Virus record (IMG/VR): IMGVR_UViG_3300037418_002116
Source: a virus
Lineage: Duplodnaviria; Caudoviricetes
Length of the DNA: 64,000 bases
Direction: 5' to 3' (one strand)
Shown here one piece after another: positions 29,060 to 38,040 of this stretch. The position numbers were made by a program, and so were the translations under genes. Below the pieces are notes generated by a model that did not search any database, was not told where the DNA came from, and saw only the letters and a program-made list of their open reading frames with translations. Each line of letters starts with the position of its first letter. The stretch's first letter is position 1.

Positions 29060-29067
29060 TATTTATA
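29060..29067 (-). promoter_or_regulatory. T4-type late promoter TATAAATA
   Basis: Exact consensus 25 nt upstream of 29035. Confidence 0.8.
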
Positions 29068-29076
29068 TTGTCCCTC

Positions 29077-29105
29077 TTGACTTTCGCTCAAATAATGTGT
29101 ATATG
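29077..29105 (+). promoter_or_regulatory. Early sigma70-type promoter
   Basis: (C)TTGACT-N17-TATATG with TG extension. Confidence 0.7.
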
Positions 29106-29145
29106 AGCGGTGAGATTGGTACTAACCAACAGAGGGTGAACTAAA

Positions 29146-29532
29146 GTGAAGAAGTTTCTTGTAGCCGCTGCGATGCTGCTTTCGAGTGCAGTCGCCGCCA
29201 ATGCCGTAACGCCGGTCGAAGATTTCTATGTAAAAGACTACATCCACGCCGTGGCGGCTGAAAATCTGAACGATTTTTGCTATTTCGAACAGCGTCCGTT
29301 GCGTTTGGCAAAGGATGCTATCGAGCTTGGCGAACAGATTCTTGTCAAATATCCGAATATGAAGGCGAGAATTCAGAAAAAGATCGATCAGCGCATTCAG
29401 GACATGATGTCGGCTGTTCACGTTGACAAAAGAGGGGACTACTGTGCCGCTCACAAGAAAGAATTCTACAAACATCTCAATGAATTAAAGTCGTCTTCGG
29501 ATGAAGACGTTGGCGAGGCTGTGGACAACTAA
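29146..29532 (+). CDS. Secreted/periplasmic protein of unknown function
   Basis: Signal peptide MKKFLVAAAMLLSSAVAANA; AGAGGG SD; two Cys; own promoter. Confidence 0.7.
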   Translation: MKKFLVAAAMLLSSAVAANAVTPVEDFYVKDYIHAVAAENLNDFCYFEQRPLRLAKDAIELGEQILVKYPNMKARIQKKIDQRIQDMMSAVHVDKRGDYCAAHKKEFYKHLNELKSSSDEDVGEAVDN

Positions 29533-30188
29533 GAACTATACTTGTCCTTGCCCAAATCCTGTAGAAACTGCATCTTACCGGCGAAGCCACAACGCTTGTA
29601 GAAGTAGTCATATACTTCACGGTTGGTTCTCTTTTGGGTCTTTGTTCCTCTTTTTTTATTGAGGACTAAATCATCCTTTTGGGTTCCAACCGATTGAGCT
29701 TCATCCTCTGGTGAATTGATACTTTTGTCAAGGATTTCTTTCACCTTCGAAGCTCCATTCAAAGTGTAGGCCATAAACATTTCGGCTTTCATCGGATCAC
29801 GGCCAAGCGATTGGCGAAGTTGTGGAACATATCCAAGCATTTGGTTGGCGATGCCTTGTGCATCCGAGGCGTCAGAACGGGAAGTCATATCCTGTTTCCA
29901 ATCACATGCGAACATAAGAATGTCGTAAGGAACCTTGGTTTTTTTCGCTGCATCCGAGATATCCTCGAAAACTTTTAATGGAATTTCTCCGGAAAGCAAA
30001 GTTTCCTTGGTATTCGACAAGTCCCGAGCGGTATTGATGCACTGAATCATACCATTGGATGTGAAGTATGGATGTTCGTGCCCGACGACGTTCGTTTTCA
30101 ACGAAGCGTCCACCGTTTCATCATGAGCTTCTTCCCCGTCACCAAGTTTGAATTGTGGGTAATTTGGGTCGTTATAATCTAGACTCAT
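29529..30188 (-). CDS. Hypothetical virion-associated protein, weakly transglycosylase-like
   Basis: ATGA-coupled to gp5; EMFMAYTLNGASKV faintly resembles SLT-fold motif. Confidence 0.45.
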   Translation of the reverse strand: MSLDYNDPNYPQFKLGDGEEAHDETVDASLKTNVVGHEHPYFTSNGMIQCINTARDLSNTKETLLSGEIPLKVFEDISDAAKKTKVPYDILMFACDWKQDMTSRSDASDAQGIANQMLGYVPQLRQSLGRDPMKAEMFMAYTLNGASKVKEILDKSINSPEDEAQSVGTQKDDLVLNKKRGTKTQKRTNREVYDYFYKRCGFAGKMQFLQDLGKDKYSS

Positions 30189-32593
30189 ACAGATGTTCTC
30201 TTTGTAGGATCATTCGGTCCATAATTTGTCATAGCGTCATCGGCAGTTGCCACAATATCAGGATTTTTTCTCTGATAAGGCGATTTAAGAACAGTAGATC
30301 GCTTCTGTGGAGCGCCAAGATCGGTTGATTTGCCGGTCATTTCCGGAACTTCCTTGGCTTCACCTTCAAGCCACTTCATGGAACCGGCATCGGCATGGAA
30401 ACCGCCGCTTGAAAATACAGTCGTATCTCCACCAGTTGATGTGTTCATGTTGCCACCAGCCCGCAACTTGATATCTCCACCAGCTTCCATTGTGATGTTT
30501 GAGTGAGCGACAAAATCGATGTTATCGGCTTCAATAATCAAACGGGTGCATTTGATTTGTAGCGTTTCACCAACCAAAACGTCTTTCTTACCCGACGTGT
30601 GTTCGACGGCATCGTTGCGCACCAACATGGTAACGGTTCCATCAGCGTGCATAGTGATGTCAGAAGTCGAACGCATGTCGATATCATCTTTTACCGATAC
30701 TTTGTAAGCACCCATGGCGAGATGGTAAGCATCACCGGACGTGACGTTGTACATATTGCCTTGGCTTTTCAGAAGGGTTGTTCCTTCCGCTCCCATGGCC
30801 AGACGAGAACCTGAACGATGCTGTAGATTGACACGTTCCACACCGGGAGTGTCATCCATTTCCCACATATGTCCAGTCAAAGAGGCATAGACGAAGTTGT
30901 AAGGATACTGTGGAGCTTCCGACATTTGCGGTTCACCAACTGTTCCTTTGTCGCCCGCTGTAGGGAATGTTGTCAGACGAGCATCATTATTCTTCATGAT
31001 TTCTGGTTGAAACATATTTCCGTTGAAACCAACGGCTGTATGATGAGTCGACGGCTTGCCTTGATATCCACCATACGGCAAAGAGCCAGAGGGATCACGG
31101 AAACCAGACTGAACAGCACCGTCACCAGCGCTTGCGCCACCAAGATATTGTGATCCGAGCGCACCACGTCTAGCGGTTTCGGCATCGGAATAATATCCAC
31201 CGGGACCGGGATTAACATATCGTTCATAACTGGCCATGGCTTGGTTGGCCGAATCGAGCGATGTAGCATTTCTAAGTCTGTTACCGGCACCGCTTTCCGA
31301 ACCATTCAATTCAGAAAGGAAGAAATCAATTTGGCCCGATGCAGAACCGCCAGCGCCAGAAGCCAGCATGGCGGCTTTACGATTGTCGGTCCATTGGAAC
31401 AAACCGGTAGCACCGATAGAGTTGGTAACGGTCGGACTGAATGCCGACTCGGATTGCATATGGGCCGTCGCTGCCGCAATGGCGTATTCATTATAGCCTT
31501 GTGCCCGCATCTTTTGTGCGAGCAAATTTTGCACTTCGCCTTTGGTACTTGGTTCGTTTGTTGTCGAACCCGTCGTTGTTGGGTCGGTATTCGAAGTCGA
31601 GTTGTTGGCGGTCGTTGCATTGGTTGTGCGAACGTCTTTTAGGCCCGGCTTGCCCGGATACCAACCCGCTTGTTTGATTGCGTCAATGAACCATGCCTGT
31701 GAAGCGCCGCCCCATGTGCGGCCCGAGCCTGTGTCAATGTGGATGAAGGTAGGGTACAGACCAAATCCGACGAAACCACACTGTACGGCGGTCTGTGCGA
31801 ACTTGGCGAGGTTTCCATGCGAATTGCCACCTATCGATGAATAGGGAATGTCAAAGGCACGGCCATGAAGATGCTGCGAATGCTTTGCGGCACCAGCCAA
31901 AGTGGCATTGTAAGCGGGTGTTCTATAAGCAGAATTGATTTTTGGAGGCGTTCCCCAACGTCTCGCCAATTCTTCAAGGGCCAAAGCCGATGCATAATGA
32001 ATGAAGAGTGACGAATCGGCATCTTTACATGCCAAGCCATAGTCACCACGGGCCGGTGTTGGTTTGTAAATTTTCAATGGCCACTGTGGAATATTCTGTT
32101 TTGTCAAGTGAGAACCGTCATCCGAAATGACCGAACCACCAGATGGATTTATTTGTGGGGTTGGGTAGAATTCTCCCGTTACCGAATTCGGATTGGCAGG
32201 CGTAGCAGCGCCAGAATAGAGCGAATCATCTGTGTGATAACCGGAACCGGAGTTGCCGATATAGGAACCCGGCGAGGATGCTTCATGCACACGTGGAATC
32301 GAGCCTAAAACCATTGGGAATTGAGCCGTGTCGCCATCCAAGAACATGACGAATACCCAAGAATCGGGTTTCAGATAGTTTGGTGAGAATCCAACACCGG
32401 AAGTCGAAGCCGAAGGTTGCAGCACCGTTGCCCATGGAAGATCGATGGTCGGAACCTTGTTGCGATCTACAGGATGGAAGCCGAAGCAACGGACTTTCAC
32501 TCGCCCGAGCGCCAAAGGGTCTGTAATATCTTCTACCACGCCGATAGCGAAGTCGAATTTTCCCTTACCTAGAAACTGTTCAATCTCTTTCAA
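30185..32593 (-). CDS. gp5: Baseplate hub/spike protein with OB fold, M15 peptidase, tail-lysozyme domain and beta-helix; TTG start
   Basis: GVVED..DP..LGRVKVRCFG.H...LPWA; INSAYRTP.YN...S.H..G.AFD...FIHID; HMQSES...GLFQWT..R; YPYN...S.TGH..E.DDTPG.ER....HRSG. Confidence 0.93.
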   Translation of the reverse strand: MKEIEQFLGKGKFDFAIGVVEDITDPLALGRVKVRCFGFHPVDRNKVPTIDLPWATVLQPSASTSGVGFSPNYLKPDSWVFVMFLDGDTAQFPMVLGSIPRVHEASSPGSYIGNSGSGYHTDDSLYSGAATPANPNSVTGEFYPTPQINPSGGSVISDDGSHLTKQNIPQWPLKIYKPTPARGDYGLACKDADSSLFIHYASALALEELARRWGTPPKINSAYRTPAYNATLAGAAKHSQHLHGRAFDIPYSSIGGNSHGNLAKFAQTAVQCGFVGFGLYPTFIHIDTGSGRTWGGASQAWFIDAIKQAGWYPGKPGLKDVRTTNATTANNSTSNTDPTTTGSTTNEPSTKGEVQNLLAQKMRAQGYNEYAIAAATAHMQSESAFSPTVTNSIGATGLFQWTDNRKAAMLASGAGGSASGQIDFFLSELNGSESGAGNRLRNATSLDSANQAMASYERYVNPGPGGYYSDAETARRGALGSQYLGGASAGDGAVQSGFRDPSGSLPYGGYQGKPSTHHTAVGFNGNMFQPEIMKNNDARLTTFPTAGDKGTVGEPQMSEAPQYPYNFVYASLTGHMWEMDDTPGVERVNLQHRSGSRLAMGAEGTTLLKSQGNMYNVTSGDAYHLAMGAYKVSVKDDIDMRSTSDITMHADGTVTMLVRNDAVEHTSGKKDVLVGETLQIKCTRLIIEADNIDFVAHSNITMEAGGDIKLRAGGNMNTSTGGDTTVFSSGGFHADAGSMKWLEGEAKEVPEMTGKSTDLGAPQKRSTVLKSPYQRKNPDIVATADDAMTNYGPNDPTKRTSV

Positions 32594-34048
32594 TTATACT
32601 TTCTCCCCGCCCGAGTTCGGCCATACCGGACTTAGCGGTGTTGTTGTGCTTGTAGGAATGGATGGTCTGTCAGGGAAAGTAGCGATATTTTCCGTAACAA
32701 CACCTTCATCCGCATTTTCTGTAGGATTCGATGGAAGAACATCTTGTTCGTAAGTGTTCTTTGCACATTGCATAACACAAGCGTAACCATCTGCATTGTA
32801 TATATGACGGATGCCAAGTACCAAATACCAACCGGAAACAAACCGATTGATCTTTCCTTCAATATCGTCTGTGGCACCGAATTCCGGAAACTGTAGATCG
32901 ATGATATCGCCACAACGTCTGTCAGTATCACCCGGAATAGTCACTTCAACTAGAACATTATCCAATAATCCAAGAGAACCGGCCTTGATATGGAAGAAAC
33001 TTGGTTTCTGGTCTGTATCCACATTGGAGCCAGATTTGTTCGTCATGAAGTAATTTTCCATTGACGTTTTAGCAGAAATCAGTGTATTATCTTGGGAAAT
33101 GAATTTTCCACCACCTTTGCCAGATGTATGACGAAGGTCTGAATAGTTCGAAAAATAATCATAGGAATATGACGTGAATTCCGAGTATATCGGATCAATG
33201 TAATATGCCGTGTTCTCCCAACCGCCCAAGGCACCAGTACGGTCGGCATTGAACAACTGTATGAACTGAAAATCAGTCATTTTAAGCATTTCATATGGCT
33301 TTGTAGACTGTCTAGCACCGCCGCCAGCGCCAGTTCCGGCATCGTCACGTGGTGAACGATTTGGGTCTTCCCAATCCTTCACGACAGCCCAATATTTTTC
33401 CTTAGTCTTATTCGAAGAAATTAATTCATCGACTGTCTTGAAATTAAATTCGCTATCGCAGTCTTCATAGAAAACGTAATTAGACGGTTTGTACGTGGCG
33501 CTCATAGCTTCCTGTGAAAGCCATTCGATAGCCCGAGTAGGCTTCATGGAAGGGATAACAATGGTTCTCTGTCCCTCCGTATCGGATGCGTTCAGTGTCT
33601 TCTTAGACACCAAATAGGACGTATGAATATCCTTGATCATATCGGAAATCGTCTTTTGTCGATATGATTGCTCTATTCGTGTCATAAAATTTTGGAAATA
33701 TTCTTCCGATGCGAGATGAACAATATAGTTGGTCATGCGAGGCTTTGAGCGCACGACATTTTCGATAGAAACAATGCGAAATTCTACATCGATAGATTTC
33801 AATACGGCATCGTGAGGAGTTTTGAATTTGATATGAACGGTTTCCTGTCCCACAATCGGCACGACTGTTGTCAAGGAAAGGGCGTCGGAAAGCACCATGT
33901 CTGCCGTCAAAAACGGTTCGGTTATTGCTTCATAGATGCTGAATTCTTGAACAAGATTCTTGATTTCCCAAGGATCGCCGCCCAAATCACTTTTTATAGT
34001 GATTGTATCGATAACTATACTACCGGCAGGAAGTTTCTGGTCAGCCAT
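32594..34048 (-). CDS. gp27: Baseplate hub protein (gp27-like)
   Basis: I.NLV.EF.IYE.I..PFL.A..V.SD...L...PI.G.E; YVFYED...FNFK; IPG......GD.I......SG.YLV..IRH; sits between gp53 and gp5. Confidence 0.75.
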   Translation of the reverse strand: MADQKLPAGSIVIDTITIKSDLGGDPWEIKNLVQEFSIYEAITEPFLTADMVLSDALSLTTVVPIVGQETVHIKFKTPHDAVLKSIDVEFRIVSIENVVRSKPRMTNYIVHLASEEYFQNFMTRIEQSYRQKTISDMIKDIHTSYLVSKKTLNASDTEGQRTIVIPSMKPTRAIEWLSQEAMSATYKPSNYVFYEDCDSEFNFKTVDELISSNKTKEKYWAVVKDWEDPNRSPRDDAGTGAGGGARQSTKPYEMLKMTDFQFIQLFNADRTGALGGWENTAYYIDPIYSEFTSYSYDYFSNYSDLRHTSGKGGGKFISQDNTLISAKTSMENYFMTNKSGSNVDTDQKPSFFHIKAGSLGLLDNVLVEVTIPGDTDRRCGDIIDLQFPEFGATDDIEGKINRFVSGWYLVLGIRHIYNADGYACVMQCAKNTYEQDVLPSNPTENADEGVVTENIATFPDRPSIPTSTTTPLSPVWPNSGGEKV

Positions 34049-34614
34049 TACTTAAATATATTCTTCAATTCTTCTTCGATTTGTGGAATGTAGGATGGTT
34101 TAATGAGAGAAATTTCACGCTTACTTTCGTTAAGATCATGTTCATAGTCATAAGCGTAAACTAATTTGCGTTCATCATCCACCAAACCAAGATATGTTGA
34201 TTGATCTACTCTAAGGGAACGCTCTTCAACAATTGTTCCATCATAGTATTGAGTGCGAGGCTGGATAATTTGATAATAAGCATAGATAGTTTGTGTAGCG
34301 ATTGGAACACTACCGTATTTAGTTTCAATGTAATCATCGAATTCCGTTGAAGACAAAGGCCAATCGAAGTAAGGATCGATGATAGAATTCGTGATCAAAA
34401 TCAATTCGGATAGTTCTGGACGACCATAATAGCGGTCTGCCACCACGAAAGGCTTTTCTCCATCACGCACAACGTAGTTGAAGAGAGATTCGGTATACTT
34501 CAATACAACATCCCGAATTTTGTAACGAACCATAATGTTCGTTGACATAACAGGAACACCACTCTTGTTGATATCATATTGTATCTGTGGAAATACGTCA
34601 AAAAAAGCCGACAT
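34048..34614 (-). CDS. gp53: Baseplate wedge subunit
   Basis: FF..FP.I.Y; Y.V.DGEKP..VA..YYG......ILITN.IIDPYFDWPL; NE.KR.I.LIKP.Y. Confidence 0.93.
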   Translation of the reverse strand: MSAFFDVFPQIQYDINKSGVPVMSTNIMVRYKIRDVVLKYTESLFNYVVRDGEKPFVVADRYYGRPELSELILITNSIIDPYFDWPLSSTEFDDYIETKYGSVPIATQTIYAYYQIIQPRTQYYDGTIVEERSLRVDQSTYLGLVDDERKLVYAYDYEHDLNESKREISLIKPSYIPQIEEELKNIFK

Positions 34615-35517
34615 TTAGTACCCCGCCTCAATGTCTTCTTTGGTAAGGATGGAAATTTCTTGGAAATTCAACGACATTGTAAGCGACATTGGGATAGATT
34701 CGTCGGCCCGGAAGTATGACTTTGTTCCTTCTGCATGAAAATCGAAATTTGCTCCTACAAGGGCACACGTCACAAATTTGAATAGATATTCATTCGATGG
34801 AATTTCGATTCTCCATACGTCCGGATATTTGAAAATATTGTCTGAATACCCTTGTGCAAAAGACGGATGCATACCGAGCTTGAATTCTTTTGAAATATCT
34901 CGCAAAATATTTGCTTCCTGCAAATTCGAAGGAATAAGTTTATAAGAAAAATCAAAAGTTCTTAAATTTGGCGATGAATACAGAACAGCTTTATATGGAT
35001 TTACTGCTAATCCAGCCCCACGGGCGATTGCTTGTCCATATTTGGTATCTCCCGCAAAGTCTAGTGCAAAGGCTTGTGCGAAAGCAGAGGCTTTATCACC
35101 AAGATTTGTAGCGGAATATTTTTGTAATCCTTCTGCCAAGCTCGATATCAGACTACCTTTTTTTGAGGCTCTCATGGTTGCAGAAATTTCACCGCTGGCA
35201 GTGATAAGTTGATTACCTACCAACCCTAGATCGACATTCTGCCAATCCGCCGAATAATTAGCTTGCAAACCAACCGGAACAGGAAGTGTAATCAAACTTC
35301 CTACACGACCTTCCTTTGGGTCGGATTTGGCATCTGCACGGGAATATTCATAGCGCTGAAAATGAATAATATGCTTCCATTCGGACATCAACGTCTTTGG
35401 GAACGTCAATGGAGCCGTCGTAGCCGATGTTGAAGCGGCATTCATCTTGTCTTCTGCCGCTTGCGAGGCAGACTTTTTGGTAATTGTAACAGATGTTTGT
35501 GGAGTCTTGGTTGCCAT
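34615..35517 (-). CDS. gp48: Baseplate tail-tube cap
   Basis: I.LP.P...L...Y...W; AVNP....LY.SP.LR.F.FS.KL.P....E; F.YPD.W.I; YF......P....MSL.F.EI.ILT. Confidence 0.88.
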   Translation of the reverse strand: MATKTPQTSVTITKKSASQAAEDKMNAASTSATTAPLTFPKTLMSEWKHIIHFQRYEYSRADAKSDPKEGRVGSLITLPVPVGLQANYSADWQNVDLGLVGNQLITASGEISATMRASKKGSLISSLAEGLQKYSATNLGDKASAFAQAFALDFAGDTKYGQAIARGAGLAVNPYKAVLYSSPNLRTFDFSYKLIPSNLQEANILRDISKEFKLGMHPSFAQGYSDNIFKYPDVWRIEIPSNEYLFKFVTCALVGANFDFHAEGTKSYFRADESIPMSLTMSLNFQEISILTKEDIEAGY

Positions 35518-35526
35518 CAAATGTCC

Positions 35527-35559
35527 CGTAAATAGTATGAAACTATTTATACCTAAATA
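35527..35559. promoter_or_regulatory. Interleaved divergent late promoters for gp48 (-) and gp4 (+)
   Basis: TATAAATA on - at 35544-35551; variants CGTAAATA (35527) and CCTAAATA (35552) on +. Confidence 0.6.
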
Positions 35560-35564
35560 CGGGC

Positions 35565-36062
35565 ATGACGAAGTTTCTATTACCAGAAGAGAACGTACAG
35601 AAACGCCGAAAGGCAAAGAAGAAGTCTAAACTTCCACAACCAAAGTACTTTGTGGCTGAAAATCCTCACAAGTACGTTGGTGATCCAAACTGTATTATCG
35701 CAAGATCGAATCTGGAAAGAAAATTTTACAAAATATTTGACACCAACCCGGCAGTACTGAAATGGGGTTGTGAAGAGATGTACATCAGGTACAAGTCATC
35801 TATTGACGGTACGGTACATCGTTATTTTCCGGATGCTGTTATAGAAATTAAGTCTCGATCAGGCAAAAAAATGCTCTATATGATCGAAATTAAGCCAAAA
35901 AAACAGTGTTTTCCCCCAAAAAATAGCAAATCCAAGCGGTTTTTGACGGAACAAGTCACTTATCAGACGAATCAAGACAAATGGAAAGCAGCCACGGAAT
36001 TCTGTAAATCCCATGGCATGATCTTTCACGTGCTAACAGAAGAGCATGTAGGCGGCTTCTAA
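35565..36062 (+). CDS. gp4: Head completion protein (PD-(D/E)XK fold)
   Basis: P.NP.KY.GD...I..RS..ER......D.NP....W..EE..I.Y....D...HRYFPD....IEIKP..Q. Confidence 0.9.
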   Translation: MTKFLLPEENVQKRRKAKKKSKLPQPKYFVAENPHKYVGDPNCIIARSNLERKFYKIFDTNPAVLKWGCEEMYIRYKSSIDGTVHRYFPDAVIEIKSRSGKKMLYMIEIKPKKQCFPPKNSKSKRFLTEQVTYQTNQDKWKAATEFCKSHGMIFHVLTEEHVGGF

Positions 36063-36340
36063 GCGTAATATCCGAGATACACTACCGGGATGAACCTCAC
36101 TTCGAAGTCATCGCTTCCGTACAGTTTCTCCAAAATATTCTTCGCCATATCTTCGTTGTGATGACATACCGGCAGACAGCTTGAAAACCTTGGGGGAATT
36201 TTGCCCCACTCTTCCCGGCGCTTCTGAAAGCAAACTCCCCGTTCCTTATGGACAACCCAATAGGAGTTGACGATGCATTCTCCGTTTTTGGGATTCTCCA
36301 ATTTTTCCAACGGCATGAAGAAGAGACGTTCAATGTCCAT
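36059..36340 (-). CDS. Hypothetical protein
   Basis: Clean ORF in overlapping - strand run. Confidence 0.55.
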   Translation of the reverse strand: MDIERLFFMPLEKLENPKNGECIVNSYWVVHKERGVCFQKRREEWGKIPPRFSSCLPVCHHNEDMAKNILEKLYGSDDFEVRFIPVVYLGYYA

Positions 36341-36545
36341 TGAGAAACACCTTCTTTTTGATGAATTCTTCCATGTCGCCCTGAAATTTCAGGTACACGG
36401 AAATTGGGTATAGGTTTTCGAACCCATGAGCCCGCAGTCGAATGGTTTCTTTGTCATAGTCGATGATCGCCTTGACCTTGTGTCCATCGATTTTGTAGAG
36501 TCGTTCGACATTATTTTTCTCTTCCGAGATAACAACGAACGACAT
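36330..36545 (-). CDS. Hypothetical protein
   Basis: TGATG-coupled to upstream ORF. Confidence 0.55.
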   Translation of the reverse strand: MSFVVISEEKNNVERLYKIDGHKVKAIIDYDKETIRLRAHGFENLYPISVYLKFQGDMEEFIKKKVFLNGH

Positions 36546-37015
36546 CAGATTCGAGTTCCATCCGGTCGGACCTTCACTCCATCCTTGTCTGTCGGATCAC
36601 ACGGGTGATGGCCCCAGACCGCAAAATATTTGTCTCGCATCAGCTTCTTTCCATTAATCCAAAAAGCCCAACGTCGGGAAGGCTTTCCAGTTATAAGAAA
36701 TGTCCAAGTTCCCGGCAAGACATTTTGCACGGAATGACGAAATTCGGCGGGCCGATACCTGAACATGCCTGCCCGTAGCGTTTCTTTGAAGGAAAATCCC
36801 TCTTTTGGCGTGATCGACACGTCATCATAGCCACCTTTCAGAATAAAGGTGAGAAACCAGTACGGATGATCATGATAGGCCCGATGATCGTCATCACCAA
36901 GCCAATGATGGAGCCGAAGGGAAATGAAGCCGAAATCGAGAACATACCGATAAAAGTACGGACATTCTTTCAGACCGCCCGGCTGTTTCCATGTGAGTTT
37001 GGGAAGAAATCTCAT
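36545..37015 (-). CDS. Cupin-like His-rich protein
   Basis: LRLHHW...D..R.YHDHP.WF.T.ILKGGY...R..A...H.V...TWT..ITG; ATGA overlap. Confidence 0.6.
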   Translation of the reverse strand: MRFLPKLTWKQPGGLKECPYFYRYVLDFGFISLRLHHWLGDDDHRAYHDHPYWFLTFILKGGYDDVSITPKEGFSFKETLRAGMFRYRPAEFRHSVQNVLPGTWTFLITGKPSRRWAFWINGKKLMRDKYFAVWGHHPCDPTDKDGVKVRPDGTRI

Positions 37016-37296
37016 TGATCGCTCTTCGCAAATTCCTTGGCGGCATTGACCCAATAATGACCGGCCATGCCAAGAGTACAAGCGAGAATATTGGCGAGAG
37101 CGTCAAGCTTGCCTTCAATGACAGCCAACTCACGTTTTGTCACTTTGTGCGTGGCAGCGAGTTTGTCCGATGAACGGCACAGATTGACCATTCGAACCCA
37201 GATAAGAGCCTGTGTCTTATCAAACTTCCAACCCGCTGGCGCTGACCACTGTTGCGGTCCACTAAGTGAGTCGATTGTTACTTTCTGGATTTTCAT
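37012..37296 (-). CDS. Hypothetical protein
   Basis: ORF coupled to cupin gene. Confidence 0.5.
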   Translation of the reverse strand: MKIQKVTIDSLSGPQQWSAPAGWKFDKTQALIWVRMVNLCRSSDKLAATHKVTKRELAVIEGKLDALANILACTLGMAGHYWVNAAKEFAKSDQ

Positions 37297-37732
37297 AAAC
37301 AATTAGCCCCGATTCCACATTCTTTCCGTCTATCTGGAACATATCATAAGGAAGCGGATGGTAATTGTCAATATATTTCTCAATATTTTGAGAATCTTTA
37401 CGGACCAGTGCGACAAGTTTGCCGCCCGGTCGTAAAAAGGTAATAGCGTGATCGACGTGGGGGATTGAATTTTTTGGCGGGCACATAAGCACCGCATCGA
37501 ATCGGCCAAGGAAATCCAGTGAACTATATGACATGGAAAGAAAGTCACGGTTGAACACAATGAAGCTATTCCGAAGCTTCATTGCCAGTTCCTTGTTCAG
37601 TTCAACACATGTGACTCGGGCACCAACGGCAACAGCGGCCATCGCAAGATTGCCGCCGCCAGCCGAGGGTTCCAACACTCTGTCATATTTCTGGATACCG
37701 GCAATCTTGACCATTTCATGGGCCAAGAACAT
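37262..37732 (-). CDS. Amino-methyltransferase-like protein with atypical CPP motif IV; start uncertain
   Basis: RVLEPSAGGG.L; CVELN; DFL; FDAVLMCPP; L.PGG.LVAL. Confidence 0.7.
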   Translation of the reverse strand: MFLAHEMVKIAGIQKYDRVLEPSAGGGNLAMAAVAVGARVTCVELNKELAMKLRNSFIVFNRDFLSMSYSSLDFLGRFDAVLMCPPKNSIPHVDHAITFLRPGGKLVALVRKDSQNIEKYIDNYHPLPYDMFQIDGKNVESGLIVYENPESNNRLT

Positions 37733-37755
37733 CGGTGTTTCCGTTGCGGGAAGAT

Positions 37756-38003
37756 TGGTCCGGTGGGAAGGGTTCGAACCCCCGACACCAAGGCTTTCAT
37801 CCGTGTATTCTGCATCATTAAACATTGGAGCTACCATTGTCCTTTGATGCATACATTAAGGAATTACGGACGTTACTAAGTATCATATCGTCATGCAAAG
37901 TGTTGCAACACCTTACATTATTGTTTGACACCGTTGGCATCTTTAGGTTTCCCTTCGGTTCCTTCTTACGGTCCTTGTGCTCTACCAACTGAGCTACCAC
38001 CGG
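37756..38003 (-). tRNA. tRNA-Phe(GAA)-like gene interrupted by a 172-nt structured insert at the 5' side of the anticodon loop
   Basis: CCGGTGG TA GCTC AGTTGGTA GAGC A CAAGG [172 nt] ATGAAAG CCTTG GTGTC GGGGG TTCGAAC CCTTC CCACCGG A CCA; the non-insert parts sum to exactly 76 nt. Confidence 0.8.
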
Positions 38004-38012
38004 ATTACGCTT

Positions 38013-38040
38013 GATATAAGCGAGGATTATTGAATGTCAA
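38013..38040 (-). promoter_or_regulatory. Early promoter for the split tRNA
   Basis: TTGACA-N16-TATATC ending 9 nt before the tRNA 5' end. Confidence 0.75.

Noticed and set aside
35518-35616. N-terminal extension of gp48 in the ORF track
   Set aside because: Overlaps gp4 and spans the late promoter; ATG 35517 fits better.
35565-36062. Homing endonuclease or TnsA transposase
   Set aside because: Motifs and divergent position next to gp48/gp53 match T4 gp4 head completion protein.
37801-37972. Group I intron or archaeal BHB intron as the tRNA insert
   Set aside because: No P/Q/R/S or P7 consensus, 5' exon does not end in U, and junction bulges are 1 and 7 nt rather than 3 and 3.
37818-38000. 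60-aa ORF spanning the tRNA 5' half
   Set aside because: Starts inside the acceptor stem with no room for an SD after the predicted +1; probably fortuitous.
37756-38003. Canonical tmRNA (ssrA)
   Set aside because: No G3:U70 alanine determinant, a full D stem is present, and no hydrophobic-ending ALAA-type tag; kept only as a loose analogy.
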